DNA of 64,000 bases, taken from contig JAYTSD010000017.1 in the NCBI GenBank assembly GCA_043745805.1, positions 1 to 64,000 on the forward strand. Reading direction: 5' to 3'. Source of the stretch: Fibrobacteria bacterium (GTDB lineage: Bacteria; Fibrobacterota; Fibrobacteria; UBA11236). Position 1 is the stretch's first letter. Each line of letters begins with the position of its first letter. The notes beneath the pieces are model-generated. The model did not search any database and was not told the DNA's origin. It was given only the letters and a program-made list of their open reading frames with translations. This document shows, one piece after another, positions 27,682 through 37,475 of the stretch. Position numbers and translations under genes: made by a program.

Positions 27682-28921
27682 TTCATTTAATAAAAGTCCA
27701 TTTTTATTCAGGCAGTTAAGTTTAGGCTTGTTGCTAATTCTACTTCATTTATCGATGGCAAGTGGATTTATTAATCCCCAGCAAAGAGTCATTGCAGGTT
27801 ACTGGCATAACTTTTCGAATGGTTCGGTGGATATGCTTTTGAATCAAATCCCTGATAGCTACAATGTTATAAATGTTTCTTTTCTTGAAAATAAACCTGG
27901 AAGTACCTTTGAGGTAGCTTTTATGCCTTATACCAAGGCTTATCCTAATGAAGAAGCGTTTATTTCCCATGTTGCCGGATTAAAATCACAAGGAAAAATT
28001 GTGCAAATTAGTATTGGCGGACAAAATGGAAATGTGGTTTTGCATAATGCAACTGAAAAAAAAATCTTTGTGGAGCAAACGATTGCCATAATTAAAAAAT
28101 ATGGATTTAATGGTATCGACATAGACCTTGAAGGGGCATCTATCGGATCGGTAACCACTACGGATTTTGCTAATCCTGGAAATATCCAAATCACACTTTT
28201 TAATCAGGCTATAGATGAAATTCTCAACACATTTGGCAAGGACTTTTGGTTAACTGCTGCACCCGAAATTTATTTTGTGCAAGATGCTCGAGTTAGCTAT
28301 GGAGCAGGTATTGTGGGAGCCTATTTGCCTTTCTTATTTCATTTTCATAACAGAATAAATGTTTTATATGTGCAACTCTATAATTCCAGTAATGCTTGGG
28401 TAGAAAATAATGGAAAATCTTTACAACTTACGCAAAACTCTGCAGATTTCATGGTATTTAATTGTGATTTACTACTAAGCGGATTTGTTACGGCTAATGG
28501 GACAGGACCTAAGTTTCCTGCTTTTCGACCCGATCAAATTGCCATAGGAAAGCCGGCAACCCAACAGGCCGCTGGATCAGGATATGCCACACCTGTTGAT
28601 ATCGCCAAAGCGATGCATTATTTGGCGACGGGAAAATCATTTGGTGGGGCATATACTATTTCAAAACCTGAAGGTTACCCTTCATTCAGAGGGGTTATGA
28701 CTTGGTCGGTAAATTGGGATAGTACTTCAAATTATCTCTTTGCGAAAACGGTTTATGCTGAACTCAATTCGCTTTCACCGACAAGTATAAAAAATGGGAA
28801 AGCTCACACCGAAAAACTTATTTATGAAAACCCTAAAAAAATGTTACCTTGGAACTTTTTTTGGTTAAACGAAAATAAAATATTTAAAGCAAATGGCCAA
28901 AATATTCCTTTGAAAAACTAA
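27671..28921 (+). CDS. GH18 chitinase (ChiD-like)
   Basis: GYWHNF, SIGGQNG, GIDIDLE, AAPE, VQLYNS, GVMTWSVNWD. Confidence 0.93.
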   Translation: MQNNSFNKSPFLFRQLSLGLLLILLHLSMASGFINPQQRVIAGYWHNFSNGSVDMLLNQIPDSYNVINVSFLENKPGSTFEVAFMPYTKAYPNEEAFISHVAGLKSQGKIVQISIGGQNGNVVLHNATEKKIFVEQTIAIIKKYGFNGIDIDLEGASIGSVTTTDFANPGNIQITLFNQAIDEILNTFGKDFWLTAAPEIYFVQDARVSYGAGIVGAYLPFLFHFHNRINVLYVQLYNSSNAWVENNGKSLQLTQNSADFMVFNCDLLLSGFVTANGTGPKFPAFRPDQIAIGKPATQQAAGSGYATPVDIAKAMHYLATGKSFGGAYTISKPEGYPSFRGVMTWSVNWDSTSNYLFAKTVYAELNSLSPTSIKNGKAHTEKLIYENPKKMLPWNFFWLNENKIFKANGQNIPLKN

Positions 28922-28947
28922 TTTTATTGAGTCGCTGATTTAAAAGA

Positions 28948-29727
28948 CTAGATTCCATATACTTGCCGTGAGTTTTCACGCACTTGTGCATATAAATCGA
29001 CTAATGCCACAGCTTTAATTTCAGCCATCTTAGCAGCGATATGGGGAATATGTCCTGGATGGGCAGGTTTTCCACGATGGGGAACCGGCGCCAAATAGGG
29101 GCCATCGGTTTCGAGTAGTAAACGAGTAATAGGTGTTTGTTGTAAAACTTCGCGTACGCTATCCGCATTTTTAAAAGTGATGATGCCTGTAAAGCCTAAA
29201 TACAAATTAGAAAAATGTATTAATAGTTTTTGGGAAAAGGCTAAAGAGCTAGTAAAGCAATGTACATGAACTTTCCACGCTGGTGGGATTTCTTGATGCA
29301 TAATTTCCCAAGTATCGTCTTCGGCATCGCGCGTATGAATGACTAAAGGCTTCTTGCATTTTATGGCTTGTTGAATTTGGCGGCGGAAAATTTGTTTTTG
29401 AATTTCTTTATCGGAATATTCATAAAAATAATCGAGACCTATTTCACCCCAAGCTACGGTTTTAGGTAAAAGCATAGTGGAATGAATTTGCTTTTCTAAA
29501 TCGTCATTATAATATTGCGCATCATGCGGATGTATGCCAAAGGCGGCGTAGACGCTAGCATTTACGGTTAGCGCCTTAACGACTTCAATAGAATCGGGAT
29601 CGCAGGAAATGGTGATGCATCCGGCATATTCGCCAGGAAATTGTTCAGCCTGTAATTGAGAAAAAGGGATATTCCCTAATTTATCTAAAATTTGATTGAG
29701 ATGACAATGTGTGTCTAAATAAGTCAT
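28948..29727 (-). CDS. tatD: TatD family hydrolase
   Basis: DTHCHL, GIHPH, GEIGLDY, IHTR, HCF, ETDGPYL. Confidence 0.95.
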   Translation of the reverse strand: MTYLDTHCHLNQILDKLGNIPFSQLQAEQFPGEYAGCITISCDPDSIEVVKALTVNASVYAAFGIHPHDAQYYNDDLEKQIHSTMLLPKTVAWGEIGLDYFYEYSDKEIQKQIFRRQIQQAIKCKKPLVIHTRDAEDDTWEIMHQEIPPAWKVHVHCFTSSLAFSQKLLIHFSNLYLGFTGIITFKNADSVREVLQQTPITRLLLETDGPYLAPVPHRGKPAHPGHIPHIAAKMAEIKAVALVDLYAQVRENSRQVYGI

Positions 29728-29828
29728 GCTTAAAAAGTAATTTCAATTTAAGCTTGAACCTAGGGCAATACGATTTAAAAAAATACCTTTGCAGAATAGA
29801 AAATTTGAATCCTAATTTTGGAGCCAAT

Positions 29829-30290
29829 ATGTCGGAAATTCAAAAGCGTTTACAGGCGTTAAATATAACGCTGCCGCAAGTTAATCGTCCTTTGGGAGCT
29901 TATGTACCGGCGCTTCGGGTAGGTGATTTAGTATACGTATCGGGTCAGTTACCTATGCGTGAAGGTAAAATGGTTTTTTCTGGGAGAGTAGGACGCGACC
30001 TTAATTTAGAAATGGCTCAGCAAGCCGCACAATTGTGTATGGTCAATGTACTTGCGTCATTAAGTAGTATAGGAATTCCTCTCGAAGCGGTGCAACAAAT
30101 TATTCGCTTGGCTGGATATGTACAGTCCGCAGAAAACTTTTTTGATCAACCAAAAGTGCTAAATGGAGCTTCCGAACTTTGCCATAAAATATTTGGTGAA
30201 CGGGGAATCCATACGCGCGTGGCCCTAGGTGCTTATGCTTTGCCTTTAAATGCAGCAGTTGAATTAGAAGCTATTATTCAAGTAGCATGA
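29829..30290 (+). CDS. RidA/YjgF family protein
   Basis: YVP....G.LVYVSGQLP...NGAS...H.R.A.G...LP; start moved to the ATG at 29829 after GGAG. Confidence 0.9.
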   Translation: MSEIQKRLQALNITLPQVNRPLGAYVPALRVGDLVYVSGQLPMREGKMVFSGRVGRDLNLEMAQQAAQLCMVNVLASLSSIGIPLEAVQQIIRLAGYVQSAENFFDQPKVLNGASELCHKIFGERGIHTRVALGAYALPLNAAVELEAIIQVA

Positions 30291-30910
30291 TTGCACTAAT
30301 ATTTCCTTTTGGATTAGAGAAAAATGCTTTTGTAGGAAATGAATCTGGTTGGCAAGAAGAAAAAGTAGCTGGACTTACAATTTGGAAGCATCCTAAATAC
30401 AATTGGATTTTAACCATTGCTGGGCAGGGAAAAGTGGAAACAGCATTAGTTTGCGAAGCCCTATATACGCATTTTTCTCCAAACTTTTATGTTCTACTGG
30501 GAGCCGCAACGGCTTTAACTCCGACTTTAAAATGTGGTGATTTTATTTGGGGAAATCGCTGTGTGGAATGGGATTTCGACGCGAATCCTGCTCCGAGTTG
30601 GGAGGCTTCAGCAAAAGTTAAGGAACTCATGCCCGATATTTTTAGCGGTACAATATTGTCGGCAGACAAAAATGTTTTTGCACCAGAAGAAAAAAAAGCC
30701 TTGGCTCAGCGTTTTAATGCGGCTGCGCATGCGTGGGAAGGAGCTGGTTTACAAAGGTTTTTACGGAAGAAAAATATTTTGGGCTGCGAGTTACGTTGTA
30801 TAACTGAAACTGTAGATGAGGGTGAATTAGATTTTGCGCGTCTGAAAAAAAATTTAAACCAATATATGCCTAAGGTTAGAGAATACTTAGGCACCCTACG
30901 TTATTTATAA
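30287..30910 (+). CDS. MTA/SAH nucleosidase-like (PNP_UDP_1) protein
   Basis: GQGKV..A, G.A.AL...L..GD, WEGAG, R.I.E. Confidence 0.75.
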   Translation: MIALIFPFGLEKNAFVGNESGWQEEKVAGLTIWKHPKYNWILTIAGQGKVETALVCEALYTHFSPNFYVLLGAATALTPTLKCGDFIWGNRCVEWDFDANPAPSWEASAKVKELMPDIFSGTILSADKNVFAPEEKKALAQRFNAAAHAWEGAGLQRFLRKKNILGCELRCITETVDEGELDFARLKKNLNQYMPKVREYLGTLRYL

Positions 30911-30947
30911 ATGGCCTTAGCTCTTATCTTTGTCAATTTATTGTAGA

Positions 30948-31712
30948 CTATCGTGTGTTTAGTGTTAAGCCATCATAGCTCATATACACTGACGGAGGTA
31001 ACAATTTTTGCGTTTCCTCATGTTCTAGTTCATGCGTAAAGTGAGTGAAATAAGTTTCTTTGGCTTTTATGATTTGTGCATATTCAATGGCCTGTGGCAA
31101 GCATAAATGCGTAGAATGCGGGCGATGCCTTAAACAATCCAAAACTAAATAGTCGAGATTATTTAAGAGAGCCAATGTGCTTTTGGGAATAAGGGTAACA
31201 TCCGTAATAAAAGCGAAGTTATTAATACGAAAGCCATAAATTGGCCAAGGCCCATGCATAATCGGTAAAGGGGTGATTTCCCAATCCCCAATTTTGAGTG
31301 GTGAATTAATTTCAATTAAATCGTATTGCGGAACGCCGCCCCCATATTCTTTAGGCGCTTCAAAGGCATAAGCAAAGCGTTCTTTAACTTCTTTTAAAGT
31401 TTGGGTATTACTATAAAGCGGCATGGCTTTTCCCGAGGTTTGGGAGAATATACGTAAATCATCCAATCCAGAAATATGATCGGAATGTCCATGGGTTAAT
31501 AAAGTAAAGTCGAGTTTTTGTAATCCATATTGCAATGCGGCAATACGAAATTCGCTGGAAACATCGATAATAGCACTTTGCTTATCATCATGTAACCATA
31601 CGCCGGTGCGATTACGACGATTTTTAGGATTAGGGCTTAAACAGACTTCGCAGCGACAACCAATAACCGGTACGCCATGTGAGGTGCCTGTGCCTAAGAA
31701 AGTAATTTCCAT
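30948..31712 (-). CDS. MBL-fold hydrolase (PhnP-like)
   Basis: LGTGTSHGVPVIGC.C..C, THGHSDHISGLDDLR. Confidence 0.93.
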   Translation of the reverse strand: MEITFLGTGTSHGVPVIGCRCEVCLSPNPKNRRNRTGVWLHDDKQSAIIDVSSEFRIAALQYGLQKLDFTLLTHGHSDHISGLDDLRIFSQTSGKAMPLYSNTQTLKEVKERFAYAFEAPKEYGGGVPQYDLIEINSPLKIGDWEITPLPIMHGPWPIYGFRINNFAFITDVTLIPKSTLALLNNLDYLVLDCLRHRPHSTHLCLPQAIEYAQIIKAKETYFTHFTHELEHEETQKLLPPSVYMSYDGLTLNTR

Positions 31713-31862
31713 AACCTAAAAGTAAGTATAAAAGGCTAAGAATATTCTGCGGAATTAAAATTATTTAAGGCCATAAATATTCGTTTATTTTGCCCTCAAA
31801 GTGCCTAGTATACGGAAAAATGGCCTCCATGGTTTATTGGCGAACGGAATTGATTGATGATA

Positions 31863-31878
31863 CGTGATCGCGATCACA
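31863..31878. promoter_or_regulatory. CRP/FNR-family-like binding site
   Basis: CGTGA-TCGCGA-TCACA (9/10 match to TGTGA-N6-TCACA) in a divergent intergenic region. Confidence 0.45.
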
Positions 31879-31953
31879 GAAACTCAAATAATTAATAAAT
31901 AATTTATTGCCCCGAGGGATAAAAAAACTATAAACAATTAACTCAGAGGAAAT

Positions 31954-33237
31954 ATGCAATTACAAAAATACCTACTACATGGAATAATGCTTATCTCACT
32001 TAATGCATTGAATGCTTGTTTATTTTCACCAGAAAAAAGCAAAGCCTTATCTTCGGATCATGGAACAACTTTGCAATTAAATTTAAAACCCAGCGCCTTA
32101 ACCCATGGTACGGCAGGAGTGGTGAGTACGGTTGATTCTGTTAAGGTGGAAATAGTAGGCGATTCTATGAATACGCTTAATTATACCTTTCTGGGATCTT
32201 TGCTTAGTCCGAATATTTATGATTTGCCTGCGGGATTAAATCGTCATATCAAAGTGAACTTATTTCACAATGGACATATTACTTATTTAGGAGAATCTAC
32301 GGTTGATTTTCCTTTCGGTAAAAAAGTGGAGGTAACTTTAAAGTGTGCGCCTCAATTTTCGCGTATTACGGCATTCTTTCACTTACCCAATCAAGGGCCG
32401 TTGATCTCATCGGGTGAACTTTTTCTAAAAGGGTCCGATCAAAATTATGCGACAGCTTTAGAAAAGCAAGGTGAGTTTGCTTTTTTCCATATTGAAGATG
32501 TGGTGGGTAACTTAAAATATACTGTCGCCTTAATTTTAAAAGATGTGAATGGAAAAATCATTTATCGTGCCGATGATGCCGGATTTAATTTAAACTTGGG
32601 TGAGCAAGTGAGTTTGAATTTGCCTTTAATCGCTCAGCAGGCTTCCGCAGGATTTTCCTTGCAATTATTGCCTACGCCGCAAGCGGAATTGGCAGTGAGT
32701 TTCCCAAGCAGCATTCATAATCCTTTAAAAAGTGGCGATTTAATTATTTCCGAACTTTATGTGTCTCCTGCCACCAAGGATTCTGGGGATAAAGGAGAAT
32801 GGTTTGAAATTGCTAATCGGAGTGCCGATACTTTAAAATTAAACGGATGCCGCATCACCCGCGATCGCAATAGCCAAGCTATTTCAAAGTCCTTAGATCT
32901 TTCTTTGGCTGAAAATATTGCACCGGAAAAAGCCATAACTTGGGGTAAATCCGCAGCGCCATCGCAATTTCATTATGCTGATTTTAATTTAACGGAATCC
33001 TTAACGACCTTGTATTTGTTATGTGCCCAAGATACTTTAACCTTGGACTCATTGCGTTATTCACCGAGTATCTCCGATTCCTTAGCAATACAAATTAAGA
33101 CGGGATGGGTAAGTACTTTAAATCATCGGCAATTGGAAAATCGTCAAGCGCCAAAAAGTTGGTGTTATTCTTCGCAAGCAGACACGGCTTCCGTGAAAGC
33201 TACACCAAGAAGTTTATGGTCGAGTTGTACGGAATAA
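31954..33237 (+). CDS. Lipoprotein with a C-terminal lamin-tail domain
   Basis: Lipobox LNAC; GDLIISE....P......GEWFEI.N...ATP. Confidence 0.8.
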   Translation: MQLQKYLLHGIMLISLNALNACLFSPEKSKALSSDHGTTLQLNLKPSALTHGTAGVVSTVDSVKVEIVGDSMNTLNYTFLGSLLSPNIYDLPAGLNRHIKVNLFHNGHITYLGESTVDFPFGKKVEVTLKCAPQFSRITAFFHLPNQGPLISSGELFLKGSDQNYATALEKQGEFAFFHIEDVVGNLKYTVALILKDVNGKIIYRADDAGFNLNLGEQVSLNLPLIAQQASAGFSLQLLPTPQAELAVSFPSSIHNPLKSGDLIISELYVSPATKDSGDKGEWFEIANRSADTLKLNGCRITRDRNSQAISKSLDLSLAENIAPEKAITWGKSAAPSQFHYADFNLTESLTTLYLLCAQDTLTLDSLRYSPSISDSLAIQIKTGWVSTLNHRQLENRQAPKSWCYSSQADTASVKATPRSLWSSCTE

Positions 33238-33259
33238 ATAGTGCTAAGTAGTAAAAACT

Positions 33260-34060
33260 TTAATCGGAATTAGGAGGCGTTGCAGCAGGGGCAATTAAGC
33301 CTTTCTGCAAGAAACCATAAGTAAAGCCAATAGCGCCATAAGTAAGTAAACCACCCATTAAAAATTCGGGATAGATCATTCCAAATCCACTACTGTATCC
33401 CAAAACGATACCGATTATTTGTATGAGATTTAGCCATTTACCTTTACGTCTAACCAGTTTAGGCAAATAAAGCGGACTCACCATCAATATGCCAGTGAAA
33501 ATTAAAATAAGCGGTAAATAAATTATTTGTCCTGTTCCCGCAGCAATCATATTGTGTTTGTAAATCAAAAGAATATTTACCGCAACCCAACCACCCGCAA
33601 AGGTGGAAGGTAGTCCATGAAAATAATTCACTAATTCTTCGGAATCGACAGAATTATAACGGGCCAATCGTAAAGAGGCACATAGCACATATACCGCCAT
33701 GGATATAATCATCAATGGACGATGGTCATTAAACCATAAGGGATCCATGAGTTGCACGGTGAAATAAACAAGGAAACCCGGCGCTACTCCAAAAGCTACT
33801 AAATCAGCTAAGCTATCGAATTGTGCGCCAAAATCGGAAGAGGCTTTTAAAATTTTTGCAGCAAAGCCATCGAGTTTATCAAAAAGTACGCACCAAACAA
33901 TCATCCATGCACCAAGTACCATAGGCGGTTTGGAGAAGCCAAGTAAGTGTTGGGTAGGATCGGCGCTGGTAAATGATTCAGTCATCACCACGATGGAAAA
34001 TATGCCGAGTAAAAAATTTAAACCAGTAAACAAATTGGGAACTAGATATCGTTTTTGCAT
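33260..34060 (-). CDS. pssA: CDP-diacylglycerol--serine O-phosphatidyltransferase
   Basis: PNLFT, D.LDG..A......FG.QFDSLAD.V.FGVAP, LRLARYN, F.GLP. Confidence 0.88.
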   Translation of the reverse strand: MQKRYLVPNLFTGLNFLLGIFSIVVMTESFTSADPTQHLLGFSKPPMVLGAWMIVWCVLFDKLDGFAAKILKASSDFGAQFDSLADLVAFGVAPGFLVYFTVQLMDPLWFNDHRPLMIISMAVYVLCASLRLARYNSVDSEELVNYFHGLPSTFAGGWVAVNILLIYKHNMIAAGTGQIIYLPLILIFTGILMVSPLYLPKLVRRKGKWLNLIQIIGIVLGYSSGFGMIYPEFLMGGLLTYGAIGFTYGFLQKGLIAPAATPPNSD

Positions 34061-34077
34061 GGGGTAAAATTTAACCT

Positions 34078-36759
34078 CTAAGGAAGATTTTCGGTATTAA
34101 TTGGAAAGGAAAGTAAGAAATTTTGAGCAGTAGAAATGTAAAGGGTATTTCCGGAAATAATCGGTGTACCGGGCATTTCGGGTAATTTAAATTTGGCTAA
34201 AACTTGATGATTAAAATTGCGTTTTTCTAAAGCGGGTTCATTTGTTCCTATCCAATAAGATTTTTCTCCTATGGCGGGTTTCAAAAATAATTCATTGGGA
34301 AAATTTGTTTGTGCTAAAGTCTCGCCGGTTTGGGCATTTAAGGTGAGCATTTTTTTCGAACCTAAAGTAATAAGCACGACATTTTCGTGATTACCCGATA
34401 GACTAAAGATTTGATCTCCAAAATTACGCGACCATAGGAGGGCCTTGGTATTTTTATCGAGCGCTACAATTTGCCCTTGAGTATAGCCTGCATAGACATT
34501 TTCTTTTCCTGCAAAAACTTCGGTTACTGTACCCGCAGGAAGATTAAAAGACCAAAGGGTATTTCCGGTTTTAGCATTGAGAGCATAAAAGTGACCTTCA
34601 AAATCAATAGCATCCACATTATCAAGGCCTTTGCTTTTTAAAATTTGAAAACCGGTATGTCCTAATTTTTGATTCCAAAGAATTTTTTGTTGTCCTAGGG
34701 AAATAGAAAATAAATGACCTTGCCAATCACTGGCAATAATATTGGAATTGATGACAATGGCTTGGCATAGGGGATTTTTAAGTGTGATTTGACCAACCGA
34801 TCCTAGTGGCATATTGGGAGCTAAAAAATATAAATGATTATTACTACTCACACATAAGGTATCGCCTTTCCAAAAGGCAATGCGCCCATCAATTTCTTCC
34901 GGAAAGTGAAAAGTATTAATGAGTTCGCCATGTGCATTATTGATTAAAGTGATGCTTTGATTATCCTGCTCAATAAAAAAAGTCATATTCTTATGCGGAA
35001 TAATATTGGGATAGCCCGCGGGGCCAGTTTTTCTTTTCCAAATCCAATTTGCATCTAAAAAAGTAGCCATATTTTTTAAGAGGGGATGATTGGAGCTAGC
35101 AGGAACATAAGTAGAGCGCGTCGCTTCTAAAAGACATTGATACGCTTCGGTACGTAGTCCACCAAAATTTTTCAAATTGGAAAAACGATAATTCCACGCT
35201 AAACCATTGCCTGGTTCTAGTGCTAATATTTTTTTGAGTTCACTTTGTGCATTGTTTTGATCTTCTTTTTGCGAGAGCGGAATATAGGTTTGAAATTTTA
35301 ATGTTGGGGAATAGGCCGTGATTTTTAAAAGGTCGGTTTTTAAAACAATGCGTTTACCATCGGCGTAATGTACCCAAATTTTATCTTCACTTGGTAAAAA
35401 TTTGGGATCTTGATCGGCGCCATATTCATAGTTCCATAAAACTTTACCTTCCCGATTCAAGCTTAAACAATTGTGATTAAAGGTTAATACGAGTATGCCT
35501 GCTTCATACAAAATGATTTGTGCCGCAGCAAAATCTTTTTGCCATTCTATTTCACCATTACTGGAATTGAGGGATGTAATTGTCCCTTTGGAATTTAATA
35601 CATAAATATGTTGTCGATTTAAATAAAATTGATCTTGAATTTGCGCCGGAATAGTCCATTTGGGAGTATCATAATTAGGAGCGGTAAGCCATGCAAAGGT
35701 GTTAAGGGTTTGTAGCCCTAGGTTACGGTCTTGATAAAATACATTTAAAGGCTTTTCGGTTTGCCCTTTTAAAGCATGCATGGTTTTTTTGTTTAAGTCT
35801 ACTTGTACGATTCCATCGCTGCATTGAATAAAAATATTTTTGCCGAGTGCTTCACGTGCATCTTGGCTTGGCATTTGGCAATGCTCAAAGGGTAATGTGG
35901 TTTCCCATGCTTTTTTGAAGGCATGAAAATAGCACAGTTTTTTATTACCCCATAAAAGTATTTCGCCTTGATTACCGGAAATGATTTTACCATTTTCAAA
36001 GCCAATTTCTAGTGGAAAGTTAACCTGCAAGTTTCCTTTGGTGTCCATTATTTGGATGGTTTTTCGATTCTGAGAAAAGAGTAAACACACTTCCGCAGTT
36101 AAATCAATAACTTCTTGGTCGCTATTAATTTGTAAGGGCCACATTAAAAAATCGCCTTGTTCTTTTTGTATGCCAAATTGAAAATGGTCGACTTGATTCG
36201 AAGAGGTTCCCGAAAACATTAGATTATACACCATTCCGTGCAAAGTGTTTTGTGGAAAAACTTTAATTAGTCCAGAAATAGCCTTAGCACCAAAATCCAT
36301 GGGTCTTAAGCTTTGTGGGTTTAAGGCAAAGAGTTTTGTGTAAAGTAGCAGCTTTTCGGAAGGCATGAGGCCTGCGGCACTTAAATTAAGCGTAGCCTCA
36401 TAAGGCTCAAGAATGGCTTTCTGAGAGGGAAGGGTATGATTACCTTGGGAAAGGGCTTTTTCATGCAAGCGACCCAGCAAATAATAGGCTTGGGATTTTA
36501 TTTCTTTATTCTGTGAACTATCAATGAGTTTTTGTAATTGATTTTCAACCGGCATAATTTGGTTTTCAATATTTAAACGATAGCGAATAGATTCAATTTC
36601 TCTTTGTTCTTCTGTATACTGCGTATTACGTGGGGATAAGGCTTGGACACAAATAAAAGACCATAGGCATATAGTAAGACTTGTTTTAAGGCTTATGGAA
36701 ATACTTGCAGCGGCCTGTTTAATGGCATTATAAAAAAAATGTGTATTTGAAATCGGCAT
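34078..36759 (-). CDS. PQQ-like beta-propeller repeat protein
   Basis: Repeated AL...TG..LW motifs in two propeller blocks; signal peptide. Confidence 0.75.
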   Translation of the reverse strand: MPISNTHFFYNAIKQAAASISISLKTSLTICLWSFICVQALSPRNTQYTEEQREIESIRYRLNIENQIMPVENQLQKLIDSSQNKEIKSQAYYLLGRLHEKALSQGNHTLPSQKAILEPYEATLNLSAAGLMPSEKLLLYTKLFALNPQSLRPMDFGAKAISGLIKVFPQNTLHGMVYNLMFSGTSSNQVDHFQFGIQKEQGDFLMWPLQINSDQEVIDLTAEVCLLFSQNRKTIQIMDTKGNLQVNFPLEIGFENGKIISGNQGEILLWGNKKLCYFHAFKKAWETTLPFEHCQMPSQDAREALGKNIFIQCSDGIVQVDLNKKTMHALKGQTEKPLNVFYQDRNLGLQTLNTFAWLTAPNYDTPKWTIPAQIQDQFYLNRQHIYVLNSKGTITSLNSSNGEIEWQKDFAAAQIILYEAGILVLTFNHNCLSLNREGKVLWNYEYGADQDPKFLPSEDKIWVHYADGKRIVLKTDLLKITAYSPTLKFQTYIPLSQKEDQNNAQSELKKILALEPGNGLAWNYRFSNLKNFGGLRTEAYQCLLEATRSTYVPASSNHPLLKNMATFLDANWIWKRKTGPAGYPNIIPHKNMTFFIEQDNQSITLINNAHGELINTFHFPEEIDGRIAFWKGDTLCVSSNNHLYFLAPNMPLGSVGQITLKNPLCQAIVINSNIIASDWQGHLFSISLGQQKILWNQKLGHTGFQILKSKGLDNVDAIDFEGHFYALNAKTGNTLWSFNLPAGTVTEVFAGKENVYAGYTQGQIVALDKNTKALLWSRNFGDQIFSLSGNHENVVLITLGSKKMLTLNAQTGETLAQTNFPNELFLKPAIGEKSYWIGTNEPALEKRNFNHQVLAKFKLPEMPGTPIISGNTLYISTAQNFLLSFPINTENLP

Positions 36760-37475
36760 TACGAATTTTTTTGTGGAGGAGGATCAAATTTATAGCCGAC
36801 GCCTCTTACGCTCTTTATGATTAAAGGATTTCCAATATCGGTTTCTATTTTTTGGCGTAGTTTTACTATTTGATTATCTACAGTTCGAGTGGTAGGCATA
36901 TTTTCTAAAGTATAACCCCAAATATTTTGTAATAAATCTTCACGGGTAACCACTTCTCCGCTGCGGCCATAAAAGTATTTTAGAATTTGAAATTCTTTAG
37001 CTGATAAATCGAGTGTTACGCCATTTTTTGTGGCCGTATACTTTTTGAAGTCTAAGTGAAAATCTGCAAAGTCAAGGGTATCAATGGTTGTTGCTGTGGA
37101 AATGGTTTCCAAGGCGACTCGACGTAACATACTTTTTATACGAGCCATTAATTCAATGACGCTAAATGGTTTGGTTACATAATCATCCGCACCACTTTCT
37201 AGCCCTGATATTTTGTTGATTTCTTCATTTTTGGCAGTAAGCATTAGTACAAACATATGCGGAAATTGTTTGCGTATAAATCGACAGACTTCGTATCCAC
37301 TGGCTTTAGGGAGCATTAAATCCAGTAATACCAAATGCGGTTGCCAAGCACTTACTTTGCGCATGGCTTCTTCGCCATCGATGGCGATTTCAATGGCATA
37401 GCCTTCGATTTCTAATAAATCGACCAAGCCTAAGCGGATGGACTCTTCGTCTTCGACGATTAATATTTTATGCAT
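36759..37475 (-). CDS. OmpR-family response regulator
   Basis: ILIVEDE, LLDLMLP, GADDYVTKPF, RTVD, VRGVGYKF. Confidence 0.97.
   Translation of the reverse strand: MHKILIVEDEESIRLGLVDLLEIEGYAIEIAIDGEEAMRKVSAWQPHLVLLDLMLPKASGYEVCRFIRKQFPHMFVLMLTAKNEEINKISGLESGADDYVTKPFSVIELMARIKSMLRRVALETISTATTIDTLDFADFHLDFKKYTATKNGVTLDLSAKEFQILKYFYGRSGEVVTREDLLQNIWGYTLENMPTTRTVDNQIVKLRQKIETDIGNPLIIKSVRGVGYKFDPPPQKNS

Noticed and set aside
29709-29828. N-terminal extension of RidA given in the ORF track
   Set aside because: It overlaps the divergent tatD start; the RBS and family length favour ATG 29829.
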